From Lingula anatina (taxonomy: Eukaryota > Animalia > Brachiopoda), in the NCBI GenBank assembly GCA_051362555.1, contig CM120642.1, positions 1,798,001 through 1,862,000 on the forward strand: 64,000 bases of DNA, read 5' to 3'. Positions within the stretch are counted from its first letter, which is position 1. The number at the start of each line of letters is the position of its first letter. Below the pieces are notes generated by a model. That model was given only the letters and a program-made list of their open reading frames with translations. It ran no database searches and was not told the origin of the DNA. The translations under genes and the position numbers were made by a program. Shown here in pieces: positions 1 through 12,510 of the stretch.

Positions 1-67
1 ACAGAGAGGCTACAATGTATTATATGGGACGAGCTTTCGAGTTACGGGAGCCCAGGTCGCAGACAAG

Positions 68-3000
68 ATGACGACAGAACTGTCTCGTCGGACTGAAGAG
101 TACTGCAAAAGAGTTCTAGACAAAAACGCCTCAAACCAAGATATTGTGGAGGCCTACAACGACTGGGCTCAGATATACGACGATGTAAGTGTGATTAATA
201 ACAAGAAATTTGATATCAATGCACCAAAACGAGACGTACCGAGGAAATCGGGCACATGTACATGTACACGTAGGCCTATACACAAAGGTTAACAGTAGCC
301 GCTTTACTTATTTGTAGGCCATCTAGGACCCAGAATATATCTTCTATCCTTGTTTGTATATATCTACAACCTATGAAACGTACCATGATGTATCATAGTG
401 AAACCGAAATAATACTGTCTCAATTAGATGTTTATCAACGTGTTTTATGAAATAACAGATATCACATTTTTTTCTAATTCATTTCATAGCGGATCTTTTA
501 AAACCTTTCGTTTCAATAACATAACGTAATTTGCCGTATGTATAATCAAGACGTTGTACGGGTGTTTGAAACAACACCTTCATATTAATTAGCGATCCCT
601 TACCTGAGGTAAAGTATAACGGGTAGACGACACTGAAATGGTACAAAGGGACTCTACGTTAATTGTTTTGCAGAGGGAATCTGCTTCTCATGCTATAAGA
701 GGCCCAGGTGACCTTGGATTCGTCCTGTAGCTTCAGCGTCCCTTTAAGAGATAAACATGCATCATTTGTCGATAAAATTCAGGGGCGGATTTAGGCCGTC
801 TTCTGGGTCTTCCAGAAGACGGTCAGATTTTCAAGTTTACATTGACGGGTATCCAATTTTTAATGTTGGAAGACGGTCAAAATTGGAGGATGAATCAACA
901 AAGATAATTTGGAAGACTGTCAGTATATAGCTCTGGATCCGCCCCTGAAAATGTTGGTCTCGCCTTAAAGGTACATATGAACCGAGCATCGGTGGAGCGT
1001 TGATTCCCACTTCTACTAGTTTCTTATACCACTCAAATTAAGTCGACAGGCCAAGGGATAAACTGACTAAATCACTCGATCACCCTGAAAGAGCTTGGTA
1101 ACGGCAAGTCACGAGTTCAAATCCCAGATGACGCATGCCAGTTCACCACAACAACGAACTGGTCCCGCAATCAAAAACCAATGCAGGCTCTCGTGTATCC
1201 GAGCAAAATACCTTTTGCACAAAAATCCAATATACTTTAGAATAAGTCATCGATTTTGACAACAACTTATTGTATGTCATTATCATAAAGTCTGCGTCGT
1301 CAATTATATTTCTTTTCTCTTTGTTTTAAAGTCTTTAAAATGATACCGGTACTTAGGCAGGGATGGGCCTATCAATGAATACGATCCAACTTGTTTTGAT
1401 TCTGTAGCTTTTCCGGCCGTATAACAGCACGTCATACCACTTGTTAACCGTGTTCGGTAGAAAAACGATATCTCCTCGGAGGAATTATTTGCCAAATATG
1501 TTTTACTCAAAATTCCCATGGCTGCAATCGCACCAGTAATTAAACACTTGAATGTTTTGTATTTTTTTATTCTCTCCTCTTACGGTCTCGCTAAAAGTAA
1601 AACCCGCCTGTTGTGCACCGCCTCTGATCCCACTGTACTCTTTCATATCGTGGGTAAAGCCAAAATCAATCTTAGTTTAGAACAAAGTCCCAGCTCCGAG
1701 CCGGGTTGTCAAAGACGACTTCGTGTACATCACGAACTTAACCGTTCGTGTCGGGGACTGGGGTTGCGTGGGCTGAAATGCGGCACCCGGATTATCGATT
1801 GAGACAGCAGGTCTACACATGTACACCCAATTTGGCGCTCTCCGTGACGAGGTTGAAAGTTTCCATCTGATCACTACGTATCAACGGAGCTGTCGTGGCT
1901 GCGTGGTAACCCTGCTGTCTTGCATGCAGGCAGACACTGGGACGGCGGTTCGAGTCACAGCAGCTGCTGTGTTGATACTTTTGCCAGAATGAATTTTTAA
2001 AAATTGCGATTGATTACTATAAGAGGAAACTCGCACGTACGGAGGGTGGGCGGGTCAGTCACGGAGCAGTCGGTAGCGTGCATGGATGCAAATGAGACAC
2101 CCAAAGCGTCATCAACCTTGGTAACGCAAAGTCACGGGTTCGAGTCCCGGATGAGGCACGTCAATCCATCAAGACAACGACCTGGCCCCTGAATCTGGAT
2201 GTCACCGGACGAGAACGAATGAGGGTGTCCCGTGGGACATAGCAAATTACCTTTTGCATAATAAAACGGTATACTTTAGAAAGTTTACATCAGCGTCGAC
2301 AATTTTATTTCCCTTTTCTTCAGTTAAAAGTCCTTATATTGGTGCCACAGATCTTGAACCTAAATTGAGCTGTTTACTATCTCCGTATGGCTTGCATTTC
2401 ATCAAAATGTGCTATCTTTTTGGTGGGATTAGCAGAGAGAAAACTTTTGATTTTTTACAAAAGTCCGGTCACCTCTACTCCTTTTATCGGGCACACGTTT
2501 TGTCTTTTTATGCCCCTCTTTTCCTATCTTTGGCCCTTGGTTCTCAAGACTGGTCATATGATCATAAAGTTCCCGGGGCAAGTCCGCAGTCGACACTGGA
2601 AAGAGTAAAGACTGCTCAATACTAAAACCGCCGAGGTGTGAACGGCTGTGGACGTCATCGTGCTCTACAACGTCAAAGGTGAAACCAAACGTTATCTCAA
2701 TGCAAAACCAAATGGAAATAAAAGCATCCGAAGTCATCCCACCAGAAACGTGCAGAGCAGGCCTATCAATGAATACGATCCAACTTGTTTTGATTCTGTA
2801 GCTTTTCCGGCCGTATAACAGCACGTCATACCACTTGTTAACCGTGTTCGGTAGAAAAACGATATCTCCTCGGAGGAATTATTTGCCAAATATGTTTTAC
2901 TCAAAATTCCCATGGCTGCAATCGCACCAGTAATTTAACACTTGAATGTTTTGTATTTTTTTTATTCTCATCTCTTTTTAGAACAAAGTCCCAGCTCCGA

Positions 3001-6000
3001 GCCGGGTTGTCAAAGACGACTTCGTGTACATCACGAACTTATACCGTTCGTGTCGGGGACTGGGGTTGCGTGGGCTGAAATGCGGCACCCGGATTATCGA
3101 TTGAGACAGCAGGTCTACACATGTACACCCGCTTTGGAGCTCTCCGTGACGAGGTTGAAAGTTTCCATCTGATCACTACGTATCAACGGAGCTGTCGTGG
3201 CTGCGTGGTAACCCTGCTGTCTTGCATGCAGGCAGACACTGGGACGGCGGTTCGAGTCACAGCAGCTGCTGTGTTGATACTTTTGCCAGAATGAATTTTT
3301 AAAAATTGCGATTGATTACTATAAGAGGAAACTCGCACGTACTGAGGGTGGGCGGGTCAGTCACGGAGCAGTCGGTAGCGTGCATGGATGCAAATGAGAC
3401 ACCCAACGCGTCATCAACCTTGGTAACGCAAAGTCACGGGTTCGAGTCCCGGATGAGGCACGTCAATCCATCAAGACAACGACCTGGCCCCTGAATCTGG
3501 ATGTCACCGGACGAGAACGAATGAGGGCGCCCGTGGGACATAGCAAATTACCTTTTGCATAATAAAACGGTATACTTTAGAAAGTTTACATCAGCGTCGA
3601 CAATTTTATTTCCCTTTTCTTCAGTTAAAAGTCCTTATATTGGTGCCACAGATCTTGAACCTAAATTGAGCTGTTTACTATCTCCGTATGGCTTGCATTT
3701 CATCAAAATGTGCTATCTTTTTGGTGGGATTAGCAGAGAGAAAACTTTTGATTTTTTACAAAAGTCCGGTCACCTCTACTCCTTTTATCGGGCACACGTT
3801 TTGTCTTTTTATGCCCCTCTTTTCCTATCTTGGGCCCTTGGTTCTCAAGACTGGTCATATGTTCATGAAGTACCCGGGGCAAGTCCGCAGTCGACACTGG
3901 AAAGAGTAAAGACTGCTCAATACTAAAACCGCCGAGGTGTGAACGGCTGTGGACGTCATCGTGCTCTACAACGTCAAAGGTGAAACCAAACGTTATCTCA
4001 ATGCAAAACCAAATGGAAATAAAAGCATCCGAAGTCATCCCACCAGAAACGTGCAGAGCAGGCCTATCAATGAATACGATCCAACTTGTTTTGATTCTGT
4101 AGCTTTTCCGGCCGTATAACAGCACGTCATACCACTTGTTAACCGTGTTCGGTAGAAAAACGATATCTCCTCGGAGGAATTATTTGCCAAATATGTTTTA
4201 CTCAAAATTCCCATGGCTGCAATCGCACCAGTAATTTAACACTTGAATGTTTTGTATTTTTTTTATTCTCTCCTCTTACGGTCTCGCTAAAAGTAAAACC
4301 CGCCTGTTGTGCACCGCCTTTGATCCCACTGTACTCTTTCATATCGTGGGTAAAGCCAAAATCAATCTTAGTTTAGAACAAAGTCCCAGCTCCGAACCGG
4401 GTTGTCAAAGACGACTTCGTGTACATCACGAACTTAACCGTTCGTGTCGGGGACTGGGGTTGCGTGGGCTGAAATGCGGCACCCGGATTATCGATTGAGA
4501 CAGCAGGTCTACACATGTACACCCAATTTGGCGCTCTCCGTGACGAGGTTGAAAGTTTCCATCTGATCACTACGTATCAACGGAGCTGTCGTGGCTGCGT
4601 GGTAACCCTGCTGTCTTGCATGCAGGCAGACACTGGGACTGCGGTTCGAGTCACAGCAGCTGCTGTGTTGATACTTTTGCCAGAATGAATTTTTAAAAAT
4701 TGCGATTGATTACTATAAGAGGAAACTCGCACGTACGGAGGGTGGGCGGGTCAGTCACGGAGCAGTCGGTAGCGTGCATGGATGCAAATGAGACACCCAA
4801 AGCGTCATCAACCTTGGTAACGCAAAGTCACGGGTTCGAGTCCCGGATGAGGCACGTCAATCCATCAAGACAACGACCTGGCCCCTGAATCTGGATGTCA
4901 CCGGACGAGAACGAATGAGGGCGCCCGTGGGACATAGCAAATTACCTTTTGCATAATAAAACGGTATACTTTAGAAAGTTTACATCAGCGTCGACAATTT
5001 TATTTCCCTTTTCTTCAGTTAAAAGTCCTTATATTGGTGCCACAGATCTTGAACCTAAATTGAGCTGTTTACTATCTCCGTATGGCTTGCATTTCATCAA
5101 AATGTGCTATCTTTTTGGTGGGATTAGCAGAGAGAAAACTTTTGATTTTTTACAAAAGTCCGGTCACCTCTACTCCTTTTATCGGGCACACGTTTTGTCT
5201 TTTTATGCCCCTCTTTTCCTATCTTGTGCCCTTGGTTCTCAAGACTGGTCATATGTTCATAAAGTACCCGGGGCAAGTCCGCAGTCGACACTGGAAAGAG
5301 TAAAGACTGCTCAATACTAAAACCGCCGAGGTGTGAACGGCTGTGGACGTCATCGTGCTCTACAACGTCAAAGGTGAAACCAAACGTTATCTCAATGCAA
5401 AACCAAATGGAAATAAAAGCATCCGAAGTATTCCCACCAGAAACGTGCAGAGCAGGCCTATCAATGAATACGATCCAACTTGTTTTGATTCTGTAGCTTT
5501 TCCGGCCGTATAACAGCACGTCATACCACTTGTTAACCGTGTTCGGTAGAAAAACGATATCTCCTCGGAGGAATTATTTGCCAAATATGTTTTACTCAAA
5601 ATTCCCATGGCTGCAATCGCACCAGTAATTAATCACTTGAATGTTTTGTATTTTTTTTATTCTCTCCTCTTACGGTCTCGCTAAAAGTAAAACCCGCCTG
5701 TTGTGCACCGCCTCTGATCCCACTGTACTCTTTCATATCGTGGGTAAAGCCAAAATCAATCTTAGTTTAGAACAAAGTCCCAGCTCTGAGCCGGGTTGTC
5801 AAAGACGACTTCGTGTACATCACGAACTTAACCGTTCGTGTCGGGGACTGGGGTTGCGTGGGCTGAAATGCGGCACCCGGATTATCGATTGAGACAGCAG
5901 GTCTACACATGTACACCCAATTTGGCGCTCTCCGTGACGAGGTTGAAAGTTTCCATAAAACGGTATACTTTAGAAAGTTTACATCAGCGTCGACAATTTT

Positions 6001-8935
6001 ATTTCCCTTTTCTTCAGTTAAAAGTCCTTATATTGGTGCCACAGATCTTGAACCTAAATTGAGCTGTTTACTATCTCCGTCCAGTCATCCCACCAGGAAC
6101 GTACAGAGCAGGCCTATCAATGAATACGATCCAACTTGTTTTGATTCTGTAGCTTTTCCGGCCGTATAACAACACCAATTCCACAGTCTATATTTCAAAT
6201 GGCAAAGACTGCTCAAAACTAAAATCGTCACGGTGTGAACCGCTTTGGCTCTCATCGTGCTCTATATAGCGTCACAGGTGAAGTCAAACGTAAACTCAGT
6301 GTAAAACAAAATAAAAATAACATTATCTGAAATCGTCTAACTAGGAAAGTTCCAGGCAGGCTTATAAAAAAACGACGTAACTTTCCCGCCATAACACCAC
6401 TAGGTCATACAGTGGCGGATTAAGGTTGTTCTGAAGAAAGGATTACACTGATTTTCTTTCCTTGAAATTAGACATTTTATTAACTGATTCATAGTTCTAA
6501 CCGTACCAAATGGCGCCGTTTGCCCTCTAAAATACTCTAACCCCATAGAGCCTGGCAGCATCTGACCTAGAAAGTGCCCTTGGTCCTGAGCCCTCTTCCC
6601 AGATGCACTCAGTTTTACAGGCGGCCTCATTTAATCAATGATAATGTATTCACTTTTTTAGAAAACACCTAAAAACTGTACATTTTTAAAAAGCCAAGAA
6701 TGTATGCTTTAAAGTCATATCAGTTTTATTTACATTTGTTAGGTTAGGTAGAAATAGCAGGAGTTAAAATATGAGAGTTGCTTTTCTCGAAGAGAAGTAA
6801 AAAACAAAACTTTAATTTCAGCATGCACATTCTTTTTCACTTTACCAAATAATTTGTTTAAATTTTCTCATAAACATCCGAAATATGTTTTAAACAATGT
6901 CAGATAATTTCAGAAAGATATCTTATTTAGTTTTTGAGATATAATAAATTTTCTGTGATGCGTGCTGTACCTAAAAACCTGCATCACGTCAGAGAGTTGC
7001 ACTATGTACAGGCAGGCTAGCTGACTAGAAGACTTCCACCGAATTACTTTTATAATTACAAATAGACTGTAAATTTAGTGCTTTTTACGATAGTTTTTCA
7101 TAGCTTTTTTAATCAACTGAACCAGGATACTCATAAAATTGTGTTTAGCACTCAAACCATATACAAGAATACAAACATTTTCATGAGCAAATATTACACT
7201 TTCGTGAATAAAAATTGCATCATAAAAATACAAGTAAACGTGGCATTTGTACTAATACACAAGCAGGAAAAGATATGTTGATACAGCGCACTAGTAAACA
7301 TAGAGTTTGTAGAGTTTATTTCACCGTAACATATGCATCCACTTGTGTGGATGAAAATGACAATATGAATACAATTTTTGTGAATATGTTATTAAACAAT
7401 CACAATGAGTAAGAATATTTACTTATTTACTATTAAAAAAAAAAATTACTATTACTACTATTACTCAATTGCCGATGAGTGCAGCACTGTCTTGTAGATC
7501 CCTCCTAGCAAAAGCAGAGGAGAGAAACTGAGCTAGTGCAATAATGGTTTCTTTTTCTTGACATTTCATAATTATAGTAAATTTTTCATCAGTTGTTTTT
7601 AGGCCAAAATGTGTATCGTGTTTTGTAAATACCTTATATAATATTGTGCGCAGGTCGTTGTATAGGGGGCATGTTGTGAGAAAGTGTTTTTCGTCTTCAA
7701 TTTTGTCTTTAGAACAGTAATGGCATATTCTGTCGGTCCGAGGAGTGTTGTTGTATCTGCCTGTTTCAATGTGAAGTTTATGCCCACTGGTGCGAAAACG
7801 GCTTAGGTTTTTTCTTTTATCAGTATCGTGAAGAAGGTCTAGATATTTTTCTTTTTTGAATGTATTTTTGAATTGGCAATATACTAGTAAACATATTACA
7901 TCTGTATTTATACACAAGCAGGAAAAGACATATGTTGATGTAGCACACAAGTAAACATATGTCATTTGTACTTAAACATAAGCAGGAAAAGACATGTTGA
8001 TGCAGTACAACGTAACTCGACATTTGTATTTATGCACAAGCAGGAAAAGACATGTTGATGCAGCACACAAGGCAACATTTAGCCTGACTTGCCACGGTTA
8101 CAGTCATTTTATCAGCAATATAGCCATTCCAATTACTGTTGTCGTCTGTTTGGTTACTGCCGTTAGTATCATCAGCGTTTTTCATAAATCAAGCCCCACG
8201 TCCGAATCTGCTCTCTGACGACTCATACTAGGCAAAGGTACATCATCTTTGAAGTTATCGGAGTATCAAAATCTATCAAGGACTCTTCCCCGAAGTCTGA
8301 ATTTTCTAACAAATCTAAAACATTTCTTAACCCATAACTTCTGCTGATTTCTCGCCGCCATTATGAATTCGACAATGGTTGAAATAAACCGCTTTTTCAT
8401 TATATAATTCTCCCTACACGTCTTTCAAAAGCCGGCAGTAAACAAAATACTAACATTAAGTTAGTTTTGTGATAGAAGCATGAATTGTCACAAAAGACAG
8501 GGGACAGTACAAGCATGTAAACAAAGAAACCGCGTATATGCGGTTCCCGGCACTGAGGACTTTTTAAAATGAACCGCATATGTGCGGTTCCCGGCGCTAT
8601 GGGGCTAAGGGGTCGAGGATCCGGTTTCCTATCCGAGGCCTGTGATTCCTAAAAAAATCGGATCCCTATTCAAATAATCCTGGAGAGACCGTCAAATTAT
8701 CGTTTGACTATTACGGAAGATTGTCACCTAAATGGCTGACTTTTGAGTGCCTTGGACGAATTACCTGTAAGAACCCGGTAAAGTGGCAATGTAAACAGTG
8801 GCGGATTTAGGGGGGTGTCAGGGGCGTCCTGACCCCCTTCGATTTATGAAAAAATCACACCAATGGTCCCCTCTTGAAATTAGAACTTGTACCAATTCTT
8901 CAGGTCCCTTCAGCAGGCCCCGGACCCCACGCCAA

Positions 8936-8991
<56 letters not shown>

Positions 8992-9847
8992 CTTCGCATC
9001 CGCGGACCTCCCTCCTGGATCCGCCCCTGCTTTAAACAGCCTATATTGGGGGGGGGGGGGGGGGGGGGGAGGGGCGAATGATAACAAAACACTAGACACA
9101 TTCAGAGCGAATACCATGTTCTTCTTATTATTTATACGTTGTTCTAAACTGCTCTCCCTCCTATCCACGTGTTAAGTATGTAGCGCTGTCAGGCCCGTAG
9201 CCATGGGGTTCGGGGGGTTCGAAAGAACCGCCCCTTTTGCTGGGAAAAGGTCCACTCTGGGCAAAATTTGATCTAGGTACATGACGTTTTATGGGAAAAG
9301 GTCCACTTTTTCAGAAAAAAGAACCCCCCTTTTGAAATTGCTGGCTACGGGCCTGACTGTTCAAACATCGTGTAGTCTGACGCATGCAGGAAGGAATGTT
9401 TTCAATGTTAGTCCACCATGGAATAGAACTTTTAGTTTAACGTTATTTGTGTTTTTGTCAGTTTTGTAAAGTAGGTTGTTTTTTTTTTTCATTTTATCAT
9501 CAGTCTGTGAAGTCGCTGAATTACGAATGTCCGTCCGTAGCGGCTGAAGAGATGAAGAAACTTTTTCAAGAAAAGCAAGACGCCCTCATTTTAGACGCTG
9601 CGGCAGGGACTGGCTTAGTGGGTTCAGAGGTGTTGATTTTGTTTTTCATATTTAGTGAACTTGTTGAATGGCTCTTTACTAACCAACACATATGTTGACC
9701 TAAGTGGGTAAAGACGAAACATTGGAATATTTCATCAGTACATGTCATGTAGTTTGTTTATTTTATAAGATTAATTCATTTTTGCTGCTATTTCTCTATA
9801 AGCTAATTGATTTGTCTGAGTATTCGTAACATCATAGAGTAGTGTAT

Positions 9848-9882
<35 letters not shown>

Positions 9883-11021
9883 TTGCTTTTTCAAACACTT
9901 GGAAGTTGAAGAAATGTGGGTTTCACAACCTCGATGCCTTGGACGCCAGCGAAGAAATGTTGGAAATAGCGAAGAAAAAGAAATTGTACAAAAATGTCGT
10001 CTGCGATTTTTTAGGCCCAAACCGCCTTGACATACCAGACGGTACGTGAGGTCATATAGAAATAAATAAAATAAATAAATAAAGATATAGCAAATAAAAA
10101 TATAATAATAAGATAAAAAGCGTAGTTTAAGGAATGAATATAATAAAAGGTTTGTCAGATCCACATAAATATCAATCTCAATAAATAAATAAATTACTAA
10201 ACGGTGTAAATAATGAAACGTTGAGTATTACATCCAACATTATTCCAACGATTATTTCAACGTTATTTTAGATACCTACGACGCTGTCGTAATAGTTGGA
10301 AGTTTTAATCCAGGTCACGTGAACGGAAGTTGCTTAGCTGAACTGATACGCATCGTTAAGTCAGGTAATGTTTTGTAATTTTTAATCTATAAATTTTCGT
10401 ATCTGTATCAACTTCTTTGCAAGGTATTTTATAAGTGTGTTAATATACGCCCATCATTACGTACTCCTTCCATCATGGTAACCTAAATTACAATACTCAG
10501 TACATGCGTACAACATCAATGTTTTGACATATATTACACATGATGGGGGATAACGTAAACCTGTCGTAAATCGAATCGTGCCGTTCATATTTTCAAGACT
10601 GGTTTGAATCAACGCACTACAGTTGCCATGACAAGAGTATAGGATTCTGTGCCGCAAAAATGACAAATAAAGATATTTAGATCCTTATAGTTAAGATCTA
10701 ATATACCGTTTATTAGATCTTAGCTTACATGTATAGTAGGCCTAATCTGAAATGTGGCTTCATTTTCAAAGTATATCACATTCTCATTGATTTACGTGTA
10801 TTTGTTTACCATTAGTGATGTTTTCTGCTCGTATCCCCACAGATGGCTACATCGTGATCGTCATGAGAAAGGAATTGTTGGACGAGAAATTTGGACGAGA
10901 TCTTCTGGAAATAATGGATGGCCACGTCAGTGCAGGACGCTGGGCAGTGGTTTCCAGGCATCCAGCTCCTCGCTACTCCTCTCTTAACAAAGGGATGGTG
11001 TTTGTACATCGCGTTCAATGA
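68..11021 (+). CDS. METTL27/WBSCR27-like class I SAM-dependent methyltransferase, copy 1 (5 exons, ~216 aa)
   Basis: Exons 68-184, 9504-9629, 9906-10041, 10272-10364, 10843-11021 join in frame with GT-AG ends (651 nt). Motif I LILDAAAGTGLVG, DALDASEEMLEIAK and DTYDAVVIVGSFNPGHV resemble METTL27. Intron 1 is ~9.3 kb. Confidence 0.9.
780..947. mobile_element. MITE with CAGGGGCGGA...TCCGCCCCTG termini
   Basis: Terminal inverted repeats; inverted homologous copies at ~20176-20331 and ~47158-47320. Confidence 0.8.
1878..1982 (+). ncRNA. Candidate Pol III small RNA with vault-RNA-like panhandle, copy 1
   Basis: Terminal stem GTATCAAC/GTTGATAC followed by TTTT; box A-like TGGCTGCGTGG; box B GGTTCGAGTC; inner stems AGCTG/CAGCT and GTGGCT/AGTCAC. 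Confidence 0.55.
2043..2255 (+). ncRNA. Second candidate Pol III RNA or tRNA-derived SINE-like unit (~210 nt); copies at 3345-3556 and 4739-4950
   Basis: Box A-like CGGAGCAGTCGGTAGCG, box B GGTTCGAGTCCC, stem GGGTCAG/CTGGCCC, TTTT at the 3' end, TATAAG ~26 nt upstream; diverged homologue at ~1095-1220. Confidence 0.45.
3180..3284 (+). ncRNA. Candidate vault-like Pol III RNA, copy 2
   Basis: Same sequence and structure as 1878-1982. Confidence 0.55.
4574..4678 (+). ncRNA. Candidate vault-like Pol III RNA, copy 3
   Basis: Same as 1878-1982 with one substitution in the unpaired linker before box B. Confidence 0.55.
6541..8604. mobile_element. Non-autonomous piggyBac-like element
   Basis: TIRs CCCCATAGAGCCTG / CCGGCGCTATGGGG (12/14), CTAA on both flanks, subterminal palindromes AACCGCGTATATGCGGTT and AACCGCATATGTGCGGTT; ~60-bp internal repeats at ~7250 and 7885-8075. 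Confidence 0.7.
7446..7880 (-). mobile_element. 5'-truncated non-LTR retrotransposon 3' end (RTE-X-like ORF2 C-terminus)
   Basis: LSRFRTSGHKLHIETGRY...RICHYC...IEDEKHFLTTCPLYNDLR CCHC motif, stop codon, then a (TAA/TAG)n tail. Confidence 0.8.
8796..9029. mobile_element. CAG...CTG MITE containing a long poly-G tract
   Basis: CAGTGGCGGATTTAGG...GGATCCGCCCCTG termini; poly-G ~8936-8991. Confidence 0.75.
9190..9356. mobile_element. MITE CAGGCCCGTAGCC...GGCTACGGGCCTG
   Basis: Perfect short TIRs; related elements at ~39569-39734 and ~44648-44956. Confidence 0.8.
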
Positions 11022-12510
11022 ACTTTTAAATGAACATTCAGGCACCTATGTGTTACTGCGTGATAGCAACGTGTATCTTGGGTTGCTAATGCGATGGTGG
11101 ATTTAATTTTATGATTTTATGATTGGCTCATGCGATGAGTAAGTGCAACACACAGTTTGTCTAACTGAAAAAATTAATATCATGTTTTACCTAAATTTAT
11201 CTTTTGTTTGAAAGTTATGTCAACCACCTCGTTGAAATAATTCGCAATTCCTGTGAAATTCACGCCTTAGTTTAGAAACAAAAATCAACCCCAACTAAAT
11301 GAATAAATACCACAATACCACACTATCCTGCCGTTACAAAAATATAACAATTACTTTAGTAATTTTTAACGAATTTGATAATATATGTACGCAATAATGA
11401 CCATACTTGCGGTATAATAAAAGTGCGAAACAAAAACTTTGTCAATGAGCGTAAAAATTAAAACCGGTGTAACGTGACAGAGAGTCCTCCTTAACAGAGA
11501 GTCCGCATCCCACTCATTTCTACAGATGAACTTCGCCCTAGATTTTGACCCACTTAGGTCAGACTAATCCTAACCATTATAACTATATTTAGGGCGGACT
11601 TTCTGTTACACGGACCCTTAGTTTCGTTACATACACCGGCACAGCCATCAATTGCTCTCATATCAACTCCTCCTTAAAACATCACAGGGTTCTCCGTTTA
11701 GAGATGGACCACGTTTAATGCTCTGATCCGGCAAATTTATTGTGATAGCAAAAAAAAAAAAAAAAACTGTTGAAGGTAATCCCTTTTTTTCTAAAAAATA
11801 TAAAAAATCAATGTCATTTTCAGTAATTTACAGTGTTGACAGCGACATTTAAACAGTAACTGCAGCATCTTTTGCTAAATTATAGGTCTCTTGATAAACT
11901 GCGATGAAATAAAGTCATTGGTTATGAGCAAAAGCGAAGGAGATAAACCGTTGTGCCGCTTGCATGTTGGCAACTAGGCTACTGATAAATGGGGTGGGGG
12001 GGGGGGGGGGCTAGGTTTTCAGCGGAAACCCAGTTTTTCATGGTGCATTAGCACCCCCACCTTTAAAAATTACATATTTCTTTTCCTTTAATTTTAATTG
12101 TGTCACTATAATATATTAGCCTTATCGCATAATTATTTTTTTAATTCCAATGACAAAATATCCCGGTGACTCCCTTCGCCACATGTTTTCATGTAATTAT
12201 TAAACAGAGCAAAAAATGGCCTTATTTCTGTAGAATTTTAAAAGGGGAACTTTCACTGCAATCTTGATTGGCAGACAGGGAAAAATGGACGACCTTGAAC
12301 GCGAAATATATGGACCGTATTAAAATTTATGTGGAGATGTTAATCTGGGCCCGTGATGGTGACCGTTGAATGACTTACGTGAATTGAAACATGCTGATAG
12401 CAAAAGATAAAACTTCCCTTTATACTGTACGCATCTACAGCGAAATCATTTATATGACCTTTATGCTGAGAACAAAACCTGTGTACTTTGCGCTTCACCA
12501 GAAGGACAAG

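Larger units (their letters stand above)
1366..6171. repeat. Tandem array of ~1394-bp units (3 near-full units plus a deleted 656-bp unit) in intron 1
   Basis: Anchor GGCCTATCAATGAATACGATCC at 1366, 2760, 4061, 5455, 6111 (periods 1394, 1301, 1394, 656); the same ORFs recur in the track. Confidence 0.97.
6410..8684. mobile_element. CAGTGGCGG-type MITE split by a piggyBac-like insertion
   Basis: 6410-6540 and 8605-8684 match the left and right parts of the intact family member at ~20356-20619. Confidence 0.6.

Noticed and set aside
1878-2160. Functional tRNA genes in the array
   Set aside because: Box A and B are present, but no canonical cloverleaf (acceptor, anticodon and T stems) can be built.
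1304-6169. Recurrent 60-131 aa ORFs in the tandem array
   Set aside because: They recur only because the DNA repeats; no recognisable domains, and unit-specific indels break them.
966-8770. One large Kolobok-like element (TTAAAGGTA...TACCTGTAA) enclosing the array
   Set aside because: Terminal match is only a few bases with an imperfect TTAA; too weak to call.
8798-9175. Poly-Gly/poly-Pro ORFs (also 44532-44858)
   Set aside because: Translations of poly-G tracts in MITEs within non-coding DNA.
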